Assembly (NCBI GenBank): GCA_963758555.1
Contig: CAVWVW010000004.1
Location: 19,791-83,790 of the forward strand
From: an uncultured Acidimicrobiales bacterium
GTDB taxonomy: Bacteria; Actinomycetota; Acidimicrobiia; Acidimicrobiales; RAAP-2
DNA: 64,000 nucleotides
Direction: 5' to 3'
Position numbers and translations under genes: made by a program. Below the pieces are notes generated by a model, which saw only the letters and a program-made list of their open reading frames with translations, made no database searches and was not told the origin of the DNA. Below are positions 40,817-49,395 of this stretch, piece after piece. The number at the start of each line of letters is the position of its first letter. The first letter of the stretch is position 1.

Positions 40817-41596
40817 TCAGGATTCGTCGGTCGAGGCCTCTGCGTCAGCAGGGGTCTCGTCGTGCGGGGCATCGTCGTGCGGGGCATCGTCGTGCGGGGC
40901 ATCGTCGCTCGGCGCGTCAGCGGCGACCGGCTCCTCGGCTGGTGCCTCGTCCGCTGCCACCTCGATCGCTTCGTCCTCCGCAGGAGCCTCGACGGCGGCG
41001 TCCTCGACGGCGGCCTCAGTGACCTCGGCATCGGCGGCGGCGTCGGTGGGTGCTGCTTCGACGGGAGCCTCTTCGGCAGGCAACGACTCGATGAGCGCCT
41101 TGAGGCCGTAGGCGAAGCTCTGCGGCACGGCCTTCATCAGCCCAGCCATGGTCTGCATCGGCGAGGCGATCAGGCCGGCGAGACGGGCCAAGAGCACGTC
41201 GCGGCTCGGCAGGTCAGCCAGCGCCTTGAGCGAGCTGGTGTCGAGGGCCGCGCCGTCGAGCACGCCGCCCTTGACGATCAGGGCCGGGTTCTCAGCAGCG
41301 AAGTCCTTGAGCGCCTTGGCGACGGCGCTGACGTCGCCCTGGATGAAGGCGATGCCGGTGGGGCCGACGAGCAGCTCGCCGAGCGCCTCGTGATCGGTGC
41401 CGGCGATGGCCCGACGCACCAGCGTGTTCTTGAAGATCTTGAAATCGCCACCTGCGGAGCGCAGGACCTTGCGAAGGGCAGCCATCTCGGCCACGGTGAG
41501 CCCACGGTACTCAGCGACGACCGAGGCGTTCGAGTCACCGAGGCGCTCGCGCACCTCATCGATGACAGCGACCTTGTCGGGCTTGGGGTTGTCCAT
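40817..41596 (-). CDS. rplJ: 50S ribosomal protein uL10 with a ~90-aa acidic C-terminal extension
   Basis: The inner ATG at 41596 (GGAGGA upstream) gives a 259-aa protein starting MDNPKPDKVAVIDEVRERL. The tail is Ala/Glu/Asp/Pro-rich with three DDAPH units. Confidence 0.9.
   Translation of the reverse strand: MDNPKPDKVAVIDEVRERLGDSNASVVAEYRGLTVAEMAALRKVLRSAGGDFKIFKNTLVRRAIAGTDHEALGELLVGPTGIAFIQGDVSAVAKALKDFAAENPALIVKGGVLDGAALDTSSLKALADLPSRDVLLARLAGLIASPMQTMAGLMKAVPQSFAYGLKALIESLPAEEAPVEAAPTDAAADAEVTEAAVEDAAVEAPAEDEAIEVAADEAPAEEPVAADAPSDDAPHDDAPHDDAPHDETPADAEASTDES
40858..40902 (-). repeat. perfect 15-nt tandem repeat x3 (cgtcgtgcggggcat), encoding DDAPH x3 in the uL10 tail
   Basis: Read directly from the sequence. 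A degenerate fourth unit follows. Confidence 0.9.
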
Positions 41597-41837
41597 CTCT
41601 CGTCCTCCACCGGTTTCGCCGGCATCGGGGCCTCGGGCCTCCGGGAGACGAGCAAGACGGTCACAGAGCGTCGCTCTGTCGTCGTCCACCTCGTCAGGCG
41701 AGCACACTGCGCTCTTTACGCCACCTCTCGGCGGCACCGGATGTCTCTGGCGTCGAATCTTCGTACTGGTGCAGAGGACCGAAGCCATCCGCAGGAGGCA
41801 TCACCCTAGCGCCCGAACGGGCACCGGGCAAGGCAGC
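41597..41837 (-). promoter_or_regulatory. rplJ 5' leader region (candidate L10-leader type autoregulatory RNA)
   Basis: 241-nt non-coding gap between rplA and rplJ with several GC stems. This is the position where L10(L12)4-binding leaders occur in many bacteria. I did not verify the motif itself. Confidence 0.3.
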
Positions 41838-42557
41838 TCAGGCGGTTGCCAGCGCCTCTTCGGTCTCTCGGGTCTGGGCCGGGTCGACCTTGACGCCGGG
41901 GCCCATGGTCGAGCTCAGCGTGACCGAGAGCAGGTAGCGACCCTTGGCGGACGCGGGCTTCGCACGCAGGAGCTCATCGATGACGGCGCGCACGTTCGAG
42001 AGCAGGTCCTCTTGTGAGAACGAGACCTTGCCCACTGGCACGTGGATGTTGCCCACCTTGTCGGTGCGGTACTCGATCTTGCCGGCCTTGAACTCAGCGA
42101 CGGCCTTGGCGGTGTCGGCGCTCACGGTGCCGGTCTTCGGGTTCGGCATGAGCCCGCGGGGACCGAGCACACGACCGAGCGTGCCCACCTGGGCCATCAG
42201 GTCCGGGGTGGCGATGACCACGTCGAAGTCCAAGAAGCCCTCGGCCACCTGGGCCACGAGGTCGTCTGCGCCCACGATGTCGGCGCCTGCGTCACGCGCC
42301 TCGGTGGCCTGGTCGCCACTGGCGAAGACAGCCACGCGCACCGCCTTGCCGATGCCGGCAGGCAACGAGAGCGAGCCGCGCACGATCTGCTCTGCCTTGC
42401 GAGGGTCGACGCCCAGCTGGGCGGCGAGCTCGACGGTCTCGTCGAACTTGGCGGTGGACAGCTCTTTGACCTTGGCGACCGCCTCGGCGACCGAGTGGAG
42501 GCGCTCCCGATCGGCAGCTTTGAGTGCGTCGTTGTACTTCTTGCCGTGCTGGCTCAT
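41838..42557 (-). CDS. rplA: 50S ribosomal protein uL1
   Basis: 239-aa ORF starting MSQHGKKYNDALKAADRERLHSVAEAV. Confidence 0.95.
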   Translation of the reverse strand: MSQHGKKYNDALKAADRERLHSVAEAVAKVKELSTAKFDETVELAAQLGVDPRKAEQIVRGSLSLPAGIGKAVRVAVFASGDQATEARDAGADIVGADDLVAQVAEGFLDFDVVIATPDLMAQVGTLGRVLGPRGLMPNPKTGTVSADTAKAVAEFKAGKIEYRTDKVGNIHVPVGKVSFSQEDLLSNVRAVIDELLRAKPASAKGRYLLSVTLSSTMGPGVKVDPAQTRETEEALATA

Positions 42558-42595
42558 GATCTCAATTCCCTCTGGTTCTTCGTTCTCGTGACTTG

Positions 42596-43024
42596 TCAGC
42601 CTGCGACCTGGATGCCCATGGAGCGGGCCGTGCCTGCAACCTGGAGCTTCGCTGCCTCCAGGTCGTCGGTGTTGAGGTCAGGCAGCTTCGTGGAGGCGAT
42701 CTCGGCGATCTGCGCGTCGGTCACGCTGCCGGCCGACTCGCGTCCTGCCATCTGGGCGCCCTTGGCGAGCCCAGCAGCCTGGCGGAGCAGCACCGGCGTC
42801 GGCGGGGTCTTGAGGATGAAGCTGAACGAGCGATCCTCGTAGATCGAGATCTCGACCGGGATGGTTGAGCCACGCATCGATTCGGTCTTCTCGTTGTACT
42901 GCTTGCAGAAGTCCATGGTCTGGATGCCATGGGGTCCGAGGGCGGTGCCCACCGGGGGCGCGGGGGTTGCCCCTCCGGCCTCGAGCTGGATCTTGACGAC
43001 GGCGATGACGTTCTTGGGAGCCAT
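42596..43024 (-). CDS. rplK: 50S ribosomal protein uL11
   Basis: 142-aa ORF containing VKIQLEAGGATPAPPVGTALGPHGI. Confidence 0.95.
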   Translation of the reverse strand: MAPKNVIAVVKIQLEAGGATPAPPVGTALGPHGIQTMDFCKQYNEKTESMRGSTIPVEISIYEDRSFSFILKTPPTPVLLRQAAGLAKGAQMAGRESAGSVTDAQIAEIASTKLPDLNTDDLEAAKLQVAGTARSMGIQVAG

Positions 43025-43069
43025 GGTGCTTCTTTCCTTGTGTTCGTTCGTGTGCGACCGACAGGCGGT

Positions 43070-43822
43070 CTAGAGCTTTGCGACCTGAGAGAACTCGAGC
43101 TCGACCGGGGTCTCTCGGCCGAAGATGTTGACCAGCACCTTGAGCTTGAGCTGGTCCTCGTTGATCTCGTCGATCTGGCCGGAGAAGTCGGCGAAGGGGC
43201 CTTCCTTGACCCTGACCGTCTCGCCCAGCTCGTACTCGAAGCGTGGACGCGAGCGCTTGGCCGGAGCCTGCTCTCCCCCAACGACCTCGACGTGCAGGAT
43301 CCCCTCGACCTCTTTGCGAGACAGCGGCACCGGCCGCGTCCCTGAGCCCACGAACCCGGTGACCCCAGGCGTGCCGCGCACGGCGCCCCAGGACTCGTCG
43401 TCGAGCTCCATGCGCACGAGGATGTAGCCGGGGAAGACCTTCTTCGACACGGTGACCTTCTTGCCACCCTTGAACTCGACGACGTCCTCCATCGGGATCA
43501 CGATCTCGTAGACCGAGTCCTCCATGGCCCGAGACGTGACCACGTTCTCGAGGTTGCCCTTCACCTTGTTCTCGTAGCCCGAATAGGTGTGGACCACGTA
43601 CCAGCGACCGGGGCGGTCGAAGGGGCTCTCGACGCGGGGAGCCTCGTCTTCATCGTCATACTCGTCGTCGTACTCGGCCTCTTCGTTGAGCGTGACGTCG
43701 ACCTCGATGACGCTCTCGTCATCGTTCTGGAGAACCGCCTCGACCTCGACCACGATCTCTTCGACGTCGGTCGCGACGACCCCGTCGGTGCTCTGCTCGC
43801 TGAACTCGTTGTCAATCGTCAT
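43070..43822 (-). CDS. nusG: transcription termination/antitermination factor NusG with a ~70-aa acidic N-terminal extension
   Basis: 250-aa ORF. The NGN domain starts at [15 protein letters not shown], and the KOW domain contains [18 protein letters not shown]. Confidence 0.93.
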   Translation of the reverse strand: MTIDNEFSEQSTDGVVATDVEEIVVEVEAVLQNDDESVIEVDVTLNEEAEYDDEYDDEDEAPRVESPFDRPGRWYVVHTYSGYENKVKGNLENVVTSRAMEDSVYEIVIPMEDVVEFKGGKKVTVSKKVFPGYILVRMELDDESWGAVRGTPGVTGFVGSGTRPVPLSRKEVEGILHVEVVGGEQAPAKRSRPRFEYELGETVRVKEGPFADFSGQIDEINEDQLKLKVLVNIFGRETPVELEFSQVAKL

Positions 43823-43846
43823 GTCGATGCCGTTCGCTCGTCGTAC

Positions 43847-44146
43847 TTACTTCGTGAAAAAGAACAGGACGAACTTCCCGAAGAGGAAGTTCAACCCGAA
43901 GATGAGGCTGGTCATGACCACCAAGACGAACAGCGTGATGCTCGTGTAGTTGATGATCTCGGGTCGGGTCGGCCACGAGACCTGGCGCATCTCCTCGCGC
44001 ACCTCGCGGAAGAACTGCCTGAGACCGGCTCGCTTGCGAGGCGCCCGCCGCTGGGTCTGCGCAGCCTGGGCGCGGCTCTTGCCGCCGCCTGTCCCGTCAG
44101 GGCTCGCACCCTGACGCTGCATCATGCGCTTCTGCTCGCGGTTCAC
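43847..44146 (-). CDS. secE: preprotein translocase subunit SecE
   Basis: The C-terminal part reads FFREVREEMRQVSWPTRPEIINYTSITLFVLVVM (single TM). I chose the GTG at 44146 with AAGGGA upstream, because the longer ORF (to 44230) would run into tRNA-Trp. Confidence 0.8.
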   Translation of the reverse strand: MNREQKRMMQRQGASPDGTGGGKSRAQAAQTQRRAPRKRAGLRQFFREVREEMRQVSWPTRPEIINYTSITLFVLVVMTSLIFGLNFLFGKFVLFFFTK

Positions 44147-44203
44147 TCTGATCCCTTGTGGTCGGGCTATGTCGTTCGTTCTCGGCCGCTTGGCAGCGAC
44201 GAG

Positions 44204-44276
44204 CAGGGCAGGAGGGACTCGAACCCGCAACCGCCGGTTTTGGAGACCGGTGCTCTACCAATTGAGCTACTGCCCT
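44204..44276 (-). tRNA. tRNA-Trp (anticodon CCA)
   Basis: A cloverleaf folded by hand: AGGGCAG acceptor, anticodon loop CUCCAAA, T loop TTCGAGT. There is one C-T mismatch in the T stem, and CCA is not encoded. It sits upstream of secE, the classic position. Confidence 0.9.
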
Positions 44277-44370
44277 CAGTGGGCATTTCTCACCGAGGCC
44301 CCCCTTCCAAGGGGCCGGAGGTCACCTGGTCGAGGAGGACCGATGCTAGCACCGGCCTGGCAGAGATCGC

Positions 44371-44535
44371 CTAGCGGGTCTCTTTGTGCAGGGTGTGCTT
44401 GCGATCAAAACGACAGAACTTGTTCATCTCGATCCGCTCGCGGTCGTTGATCTTGTTCTTGGTCGTGATGTAGTTGCGCCGCTTGCACTCTTGGCACTCC
44501 AGGGTCACCTGGACACGCTTCTCGTTCTTCGCCAT
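44371..44535 (-). CDS. rpmG: 50S ribosomal protein bL33
   Basis: This ORF is not in the ORF track because it is under 60 aa. The reverse strand translates to [54 protein letters not shown] (54 aa). Confidence 0.9.
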   Translation of the reverse strand: MAKNEKRVQVTLECQECKRRNYITTKNKINDRERIEMNKFCRFDRKHTLHKETR

Positions 44536-44588
44536 GACGTTCTCACTTCCTCGCTGTTCCCCTCGGTGAGCCCGAGGGTTTCGATTCC

Positions 44589-44665
44589 TGGTAGCGGAGG
44601 CGGGACTCGAACCCGCGACACCACGATTATGAGCCGTGTGCTCTGACCACCTGAGCTACTCCGCC
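44589..44665 (-). tRNA. tRNA-Met (anticodon CAT, elongator-like; Ile2 identity cannot be excluded)
   Basis: Cloverleaf with GGCGGAG acceptor, anticodon loop CUCAUAA, T loop TTCGAGT and an encoded CCA. Confidence 0.85.
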
Positions 44666-44669
44666 AGGG

Positions 44670-44741
44670 AGCCCTCGGTGGGGATTGAACCCACGACCCC
44701 CTCCTTACCATGGAGGTGCTCTGCCACTGAGCTACAAGGGC
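44670..44741 (-). tRNA. tRNA-Thr (anticodon GGT)
   Basis: Cloverleaf with GCCCTTG acceptor, anticodon loop AUGGUAA and T loop TTCAATC. Confidence 0.9.
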
Positions 44742-44851
44742 GACGGGCCCGTAGAAGGACCGGCTGGGAGATATTAGTCACTCACAGCGACCTCCCCTTG
44801 CGCAGGCTCCGATCGCGCCGGGCCCGGCGGGGCTCGCCTACCATCCCCGAG

Positions 44852-45372
44852 GTGCACACCCGTCAGGTCGAAGCAGGCGACGCCGAGGCTCTCATGGCCA
44901 TCTACAACGTCGAGGTCCTCGAGACCACGGTGACCTTCGACGTCCATCCGCGCGACCTCGATGAGCAGCTTGAGTGGATCGCGGACCACCGTGGCATCCA
45001 CGCCGCGCTCGTGGCCGTGGACCCCGACGGTGCCGAGCTGCCGAGAGGCGCTCGAGGCGAGCCCATCGCCGGCTTCGCCTCCCTCGGGCCCTATCGCTAC
45101 CGCGCCGCGTACGCCACCACCGTCGAGGACTCGGTCTACGTCTCGCGCCTCGCCGCGGTCAGGGCGTGGGTCGGCTCTTGCTCGAGGGGCTCATCGAGGT
45201 GGCCGAGGCAGCGGGGTTCCACTCCCTCATCGCCAGGGTGGTGGGCGAGAACGCCGGCTCGATCCGACTCCACGAAGCCTGCGGCTTCGAGCTGGTGGGC
45301 ATCGAGAGAGAGGTGGGCCGCAAGCACGGCAAGTGGCTTGACGTCGTCGAGCTCCAGCGCTTGGTCCTCTGA
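44852..45372 (+). CDS. GNAT family N-acetyltransferase (phosphinothricin-acetyltransferase-like), frame-disrupted
   Basis: The N-terminal half (AIYNVEVLETTVTFDVHP...TVEDSVYV) is in the frame of ORF 44636..45841. The sequence continues APRRGQGVGRLLLEGLI...HEACGFELVG in ORF 44974..45372. One base is missing near 45143. The span is 521 nt = 3n+2. Confidence 0.75.
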
Positions 45373-45396
45373 GCTCGCTGAGCATGCAGAGCGAGC
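45373..45396. terminator. hairpin between convergent genes (possible bidirectional terminator)
   Basis: 7-bp stem GCUCGCU/AGCGAGC with a 10-nt loop, in the 40-nt gap between the GNAT stop and the MptB-like stop. Confidence 0.35.
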
Positions 45397-45412
45397 CCTG
45401 CCGAGCCGGGGG

Positions 45413-47104
45413 CTAGGCCGAGGTGAGCGCGTGGTCGGCCAGGATCGGCTCGTCGAGCTGACCGAGCGCCGTCCAGCGGCCGAGCGGCGCGACCACGAAG
45501 GCCAGCAGCGCGAGCAACGTGCAGGCGATGATGATCGGGTTGGCGTGGACGAGCTGGTTCAGCAGATCTCGACCACCCGGCAGCCCGATGAACGGAGAGA
45601 CCACCGTCAGCACGATCACCATGGAGCGGACCTTGCCGATGGCCACCGGGGCCAGGATGATCAGGCCCCACGTCAAGTACCACGGCTGCACCACCGGCGA
45701 GAGGATCACGAAGGCGAGCAACGTCAAGCCGAGCGCGGTGAGCTGTCCGATGCGCTCGGATTCCTTGAGCATCCACACGGCGAAGACCACCGCGGCACCG
45801 AGACCGAGGACGCGCGTGATCGAGATGATCGAGAGCTGTGAGATGCCGAGGCCGACGAGATGGCTGACCGCGGAGATTCCCATGCCGATCCCGGTCGCCG
45901 GAGCGGCCCAGCTGCGCACCGTGCCGGGTGTCGCCAGGTTCCCGATCCAACCGAGGCCGAGACCGGAGATGGCGGTCAGCGCAGCCAGCACCGAGGCCGC
46001 GATGAGCCCGGAGAGCACGAGCGGTCGGATCCTCTGGCGGATCGGAACCCCAGGTCCGAGCCAGTCCCACGCGATGTAGAGGATGCCGAGCGCGGCCGGT
46101 GCCTTCACGGCTGCGGCCAGCGCGCAGAGGACCACACCCCAGACAGGATGCTTCAGTCGAGACGCGGTGATCCCCGCGACGAGCAGCGCGACCATGAGCG
46201 CGTCGTTGTGGGCACCGCCGATCAGGGTGAGGACCACGATCGGGTTGAGCACACCGAGGACGAAGGCCTCACCGGGGTCTCGGTTCACCGTCCTCGCCAG
46301 CTTGGGCACGCACCAGGCGAGCAGGCCGACCGACGCCACCTCGAGGAGGCGCAGGGCGATGACCGTCGCCATGGCTGAGTGGAAGGTGATCGTGGCTAAG
46401 AAGCCATCGATGATCAAGAACAGCGGTCCGTAGGGTGCTGGCGTGTTGCCCCAGAGCGGATCGACGGGGGTGACGTAGGGACCGGAGCCCAGCGTGAACG
46501 GACCGTAGGTGTAGGGGTTGATGTGGTGACTGACCATCTCGCCTTGCGCGGCGTAGCTGAAGACGTCGCGGCTGAACATGGGCGCCACCACGATCATGGG
46601 GATGATCCAGAGCACCAAGATCCACGCGAGCTTGGGAATCGGAGCTCCCGGTCGGTTCTTCAGCGCCTTCGAGAGCTGGATCCACACGCGCAACAGCAGC
46701 ACCAGACCGCCGTAGACGAGCAGCAAGCCCAGCATGAGGAGCGTCTCGTTGCCCTTGTCGGTGGGAGACGGTGCGGCACTCGGCACACCGAAGAACCATG
46801 TGCCGGGCAGGTTCTGCTTGAAGGGCGAGTTGGAGAACGAACCACCGACACCGATGGCGACCAGTGCCACGAAGCCGAGGATGCCCGGCTGCCACAGCCA
46901 GCTCCAGCTGTCAGGGTCCAGCGCCTTCGGCCGGGCACGAGGCGTCGGGCGGAGTCGACCAGCGAGACGGGTCCTCAGACCAAGCGCGTGGTCGAGGGCA
47001 TCTGCACCGCGCTCGGCCACCGAGCCGATCAAGGACCCACCATGGGGTGGGTCTATGTGTGGGGAGTCCGCAGTCATGGGGGTTGGGGTGCTTCGAGCGA
47101 CCAA
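45413..47104 (-). CDS. polyprenol-phosphate-mannose-dependent mannosyltransferase-like membrane protein (MptB/DUF2029-type GT-C)
   Basis: 563-aa polytopic ORF. The FSRDVFSYAAQG motif after an early TM segment and NPYTYGP resemble the MptA/MptB family of actinobacteria. Confidence 0.7.
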   Translation of the reverse strand: MVARSTPTPMTADSPHIDPPHGGSLIGSVAERGADALDHALGLRTRLAGRLRPTPRARPKALDPDSWSWLWQPGILGFVALVAIGVGGSFSNSPFKQNLPGTWFFGVPSAAPSPTDKGNETLLMLGLLLVYGGLVLLLRVWIQLSKALKNRPGAPIPKLAWILVLWIIPMIVVAPMFSRDVFSYAAQGEMVSHHINPYTYGPFTLGSGPYVTPVDPLWGNTPAPYGPLFLIIDGFLATITFHSAMATVIALRLLEVASVGLLAWCVPKLARTVNRDPGEAFVLGVLNPIVVLTLIGGAHNDALMVALLVAGITASRLKHPVWGVVLCALAAAVKAPAALGILYIAWDWLGPGVPIRQRIRPLVLSGLIAASVLAALTAISGLGLGWIGNLATPGTVRSWAAPATGIGMGISAVSHLVGLGISQLSIISITRVLGLGAAVVFAVWMLKESERIGQLTALGLTLLAFVILSPVVQPWYLTWGLIILAPVAIGKVRSMVIVLTVVSPFIGLPGGRDLLNQLVHANPIIIACTLLALLAFVVAPLGRWTALGQLDEPILADHALTSA

Positions 47105-47189
47105 CCGAGAACGGGGCGTCGCAAGGAATTCGTAACGTCACTGTAATGGAGGAAGGCGCACTCGCGCTGGTCTCCTTCGAAACGGCCGC

Positions 47190-47224
47190 AAGCGGCGCCC
47201 CTCCACGCAGGTGGGGCACCGCTT
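47190..47224 (-). terminator. hairpin immediately downstream of tRNA-Tyr
   Basis: 12-bp stem AAGCGGUGCCCC/GGGGCGCCGCUU (one G-U pair) with an 11-nt loop, starting 7 nt after the tRNA 3' end. Confidence 0.45.
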
Positions 47225-47230
47225 GGGCTG

Positions 47231-47315
47231 TGGTGGACCGGGAGGGATTCGAACCCCCGTAGGCTGAGCCGTCTGGTTTACAGCCAGATCCCTTTGGCCA
47301 CTCGGGCACCGATCC
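47231..47315 (-). tRNA. tRNA-Tyr (anticodon GTA)
   Basis: Cloverleaf with GGATCGG acceptor, anticodon loop CUGUAAA, long variable arm, T loop TTCGAAT and an encoded CCA. Confidence 0.9.
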
Positions 47316-47322
47316 GGAGGAG

Positions 47323-47328
47323 ATGCTA
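47323..47328 (-). promoter_or_regulatory. putative -10 element (TAGCAT) for tRNA-Tyr
   Basis: CTAGCAT ends 7 nt upstream of the mature tRNA 5' end. No convincing -35 element is present. Confidence 0.35.
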
Positions 47329-47378
47329 GTCGCCCCACCACGGGACCTCCGGAGGCGAGAGGGCTACGATCAGGGCTC

Positions 47379-47867
47379 ATGCCAAGCTTCGACATCGTCT
47401 CAGAGGTCGACCTCCAAGAGGTCCGCAACGCCGTGGACCAGGCCAATCGCGAGGCCGCCACGCGCTTCGACTTCAAGAACACGGACTCCACCATCGAGAT
47501 GACGCCCACTGAGCTCACGCTCACGTCGTCGACCGAGGATCGGATCCGAGCGCTCTATCAGGTCCTCGAGGAGAAGATCGTCCGCCGAGACATCTCCCTC
47601 AAGGCCATCGAGGCGAAGCCCATCGAAGAGGCGTCGCGGGGTACCGCTCGCCAGACGGTGCTGCTCAAGGCCGGGATCAGCCAAGATCACGCCAAGAAGC
47701 TCAACAAGATGGTCAAAGATCTCGGCCTGAAGGGTCTGAGCTCCCAAGCCCAGGGCGAGCAGGTGCGCGTGACGTCCAAGAAGCGCGACGACCTGCAGAA
47801 GGTGATCCAAGCGGTCAAGGAAGCGGACCTCGGGATCCCGCTCCAGTGCACCAACTTCCGAGACTGA
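47379..47867 (+). CDS. yajQ: YajQ family nucleotide-binding protein (UPF0234)
   Basis: 162-aa ORF starting MPSFDIVSEVDLQEVRNAVDQANREAATRFDFK, highly characteristic of YajQ. Confidence 0.9.
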   Translation: MPSFDIVSEVDLQEVRNAVDQANREAATRFDFKNTDSTIEMTPTELTLTSSTEDRIRALYQVLEEKIVRRDISLKAIEAKPIEEASRGTARQTVLLKAGISQDHAKKLNKMVKDLGLKGLSSQAQGEQVRVTSKKRDDLQKVIQAVKEADLGIPLQCTNFRD

Positions 47868-47916
47868 GCGCGCCAGCCTCCGAGGGCCGCGAGTCGCTCC
47901 CCGTCGCCGACGAGCC

Positions 47917-48438
47917 TTAGACGCCTTCGGGCGTCGAGTGCTCCTCGATGGTCAGATGCTCGTCGAACTCTTCGAGCTCGAAGTGGAAGAGCTTGTTGAA
48001 GACCAACAGCTTCGCGATCCAGAACACCCCGAAGGAGACGAGGTTGGCGATCAGCACGACCAAGGTCTGCTCTGCGTGGGTGAAGTGGTGCTCGGTGCCG
48101 ATGTGGCGGGCCACCGACGCACCCACGATCGAGACGGCGATGCCAAGCAGCGACATGCACGCGAAGGGGATGACCTCTTTGCGGACGTGGCTGCGGCCGG
48201 TCTTACCCCACGCCCAGGTGCGGTTCAGGTAGTACGACGGCACCGTCGCCACGAGGTTGGCGAAGATCGTCGAGGTCACCTCACCCCAGAGCTTGAGCAC
48301 GCCGAAGACGATGAAGAGGGTGACGAACGAGACCACCGTCGAGATACCCGAGACGGCGGTGTAGCGGATGAGCTTGCGGCCTTCGTGGGTGTGCGCCCAC
48401 GCATTGGCCTTGGTCAACGTACCTGACATCGGCGCCAT
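47917..48438 (-). CDS. GtrA family membrane protein
   Basis: 173-aa ORF with four TM segments and the pattern RYTAVSGISTVVSF...YYLNRTWAW, typical of GtrA-like proteins. Confidence 0.8.
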   Translation of the reverse strand: MAPMSGTLTKANAWAHTHEGRKLIRYTAVSGISTVVSFVTLFIVFGVLKLWGEVTSTIFANLVATVPSYYLNRTWAWGKTGRSHVRKEVIPFACMSLLGIAVSIVGASVARHIGTEHHFTHAEQTLVVLIANLVSFGVFWIAKLLVFNKLFHFELEEFDEHLTIEEHSTPEGV

Positions 48439-48510
48439 GCTACGTCAGGGTCGCCTCTCGGCAGATCCACCTTCCGAAGGGCCAGATAAGAATCGTGGAA
48501 TCATGGCTCG

Positions 48511-49368
48511 ATGAGCTCTTCCCTGGACGTCTTGGTCAATCTGCTCGATCTCGAGCCGATCGAGGTGAACATCTTCCGGGGTATCCAGCCCGACGAGAGC
48601 CGCCAGCGGGTCTTCGGAGGGCAGGTGGCAAGCCAAGCCCTCATGGCCGCGGGCCGCACGGTCGAGCACGGCACGGTGCACTCGCTGCACTCGTACTTCC
48701 TGCGCCCCGGCGATCCGACGGTGCCCATCCTCTATGAGGTCGACCGCATCCGAGACGGACGCTCGTTCACCACCCGCCGAGTGGTCGCCATCCAGCACGG
48801 GCGGGCCATCTTCAACATGGCGTGCTCGTTCCATGCCTTGGAGCGAGGCATCGAGCACACCATCGACATGCCCGAGGTCCCCGAGCCCGAGTCACTCCCC
48901 TCGCTCAACGAGCGGCTTGCTCCCTATCGCAACCAGCTGACCGACTGGTTCTCACGACCGCACCCCATCGAGCAGCGCTTCATCGGCGACGTCCCGTGGA
49001 AGGAGGCGAACGAGTTTCCCGACGAGCCGCGCGATCCGATCCAGCAGCTCTGGATCCGGGCGGATGGCACGCTGCCCGACGACCCGCTGCTCCATGCGTG
49101 CATTGCCACCTATGCCTCCGACATGAGCCTGTTCGACACGATCCTGGCCCCACATCCCATCAGCTGGGATGACCCGAACTTCATGGGAGCGAGCCTGGAC
49201 CACTGCATGTGGTTCCACCAGCCGTTTCGGGCAGACGAGTGGCTCCTCTACGACACCGACTCGCCGATCGCCCATGGCGGTCGCGGCCTGGCCCGAGGTT
49301 TCCTCTTCCGGAGAGACGGCCAGCTAGCTGTCTCGATGGTCCAAGAGGGACTGGCCCGCATCATCTGA
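48511..49368 (+). CDS. tesB: acyl-CoA thioesterase II
   Basis: 285-aa ORF containing LLDLEPIEVNIFRG, FGGQVASQAL and SLHSYFLRPGD (double hotdog TesB pattern). Confidence 0.88.
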   Translation: MSSSLDVLVNLLDLEPIEVNIFRGIQPDESRQRVFGGQVASQALMAAGRTVEHGTVHSLHSYFLRPGDPTVPILYEVDRIRDGRSFTTRRVVAIQHGRAIFNMACSFHALERGIEHTIDMPEVPEPESLPSLNERLAPYRNQLTDWFSRPHPIEQRFIGDVPWKEANEFPDEPRDPIQQLWIRADGTLPDDPLLHACIATYASDMSLFDTILAPHPISWDDPNFMGASLDHCMWFHQPFRADEWLLYDTDSPIAHGGRGLARGFLFRRDGQLAVSMVQEGLARII

Positions 49369-49386
49369 GCTCGGCCGATGCCGAGC
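49369..49386. terminator. small hairpin between convergent tesB and citrate synthase genes
   Basis: GCUCGGC-CGAU-GCCGAGC sits directly after the tesB stop. Confidence 0.3.
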
Positions 49387-49395
49387 GCTCGGGCG

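Noticed and set aside
40858-40902. The 15-nt tandem repeats could be a CRISPR-like or intergenic VNTR element.
   Set aside because: The repeats are contiguous with no spacers. They lie inside the rplJ reading frame and encode DDAPH units.
40209-41111. A 300-aa Ser/Ala-rich plus-strand ORF spans rplL and the rplJ tail.
   Set aside because: It is antisense to bL12 and uL10. Its extreme S/A/G composition simply mirrors the acidic and Ala-rich codons on the other strand.
44636-45841. A 401-aa plus-strand ORF runs from the tRNA cluster into the MptB-like gene.
   Set aside because: It is a composite. Only 44852 to about 45143 is genuine GNAT sequence. The remainder is out-of-frame read-through and sequence antisense to the membrane protein gene.
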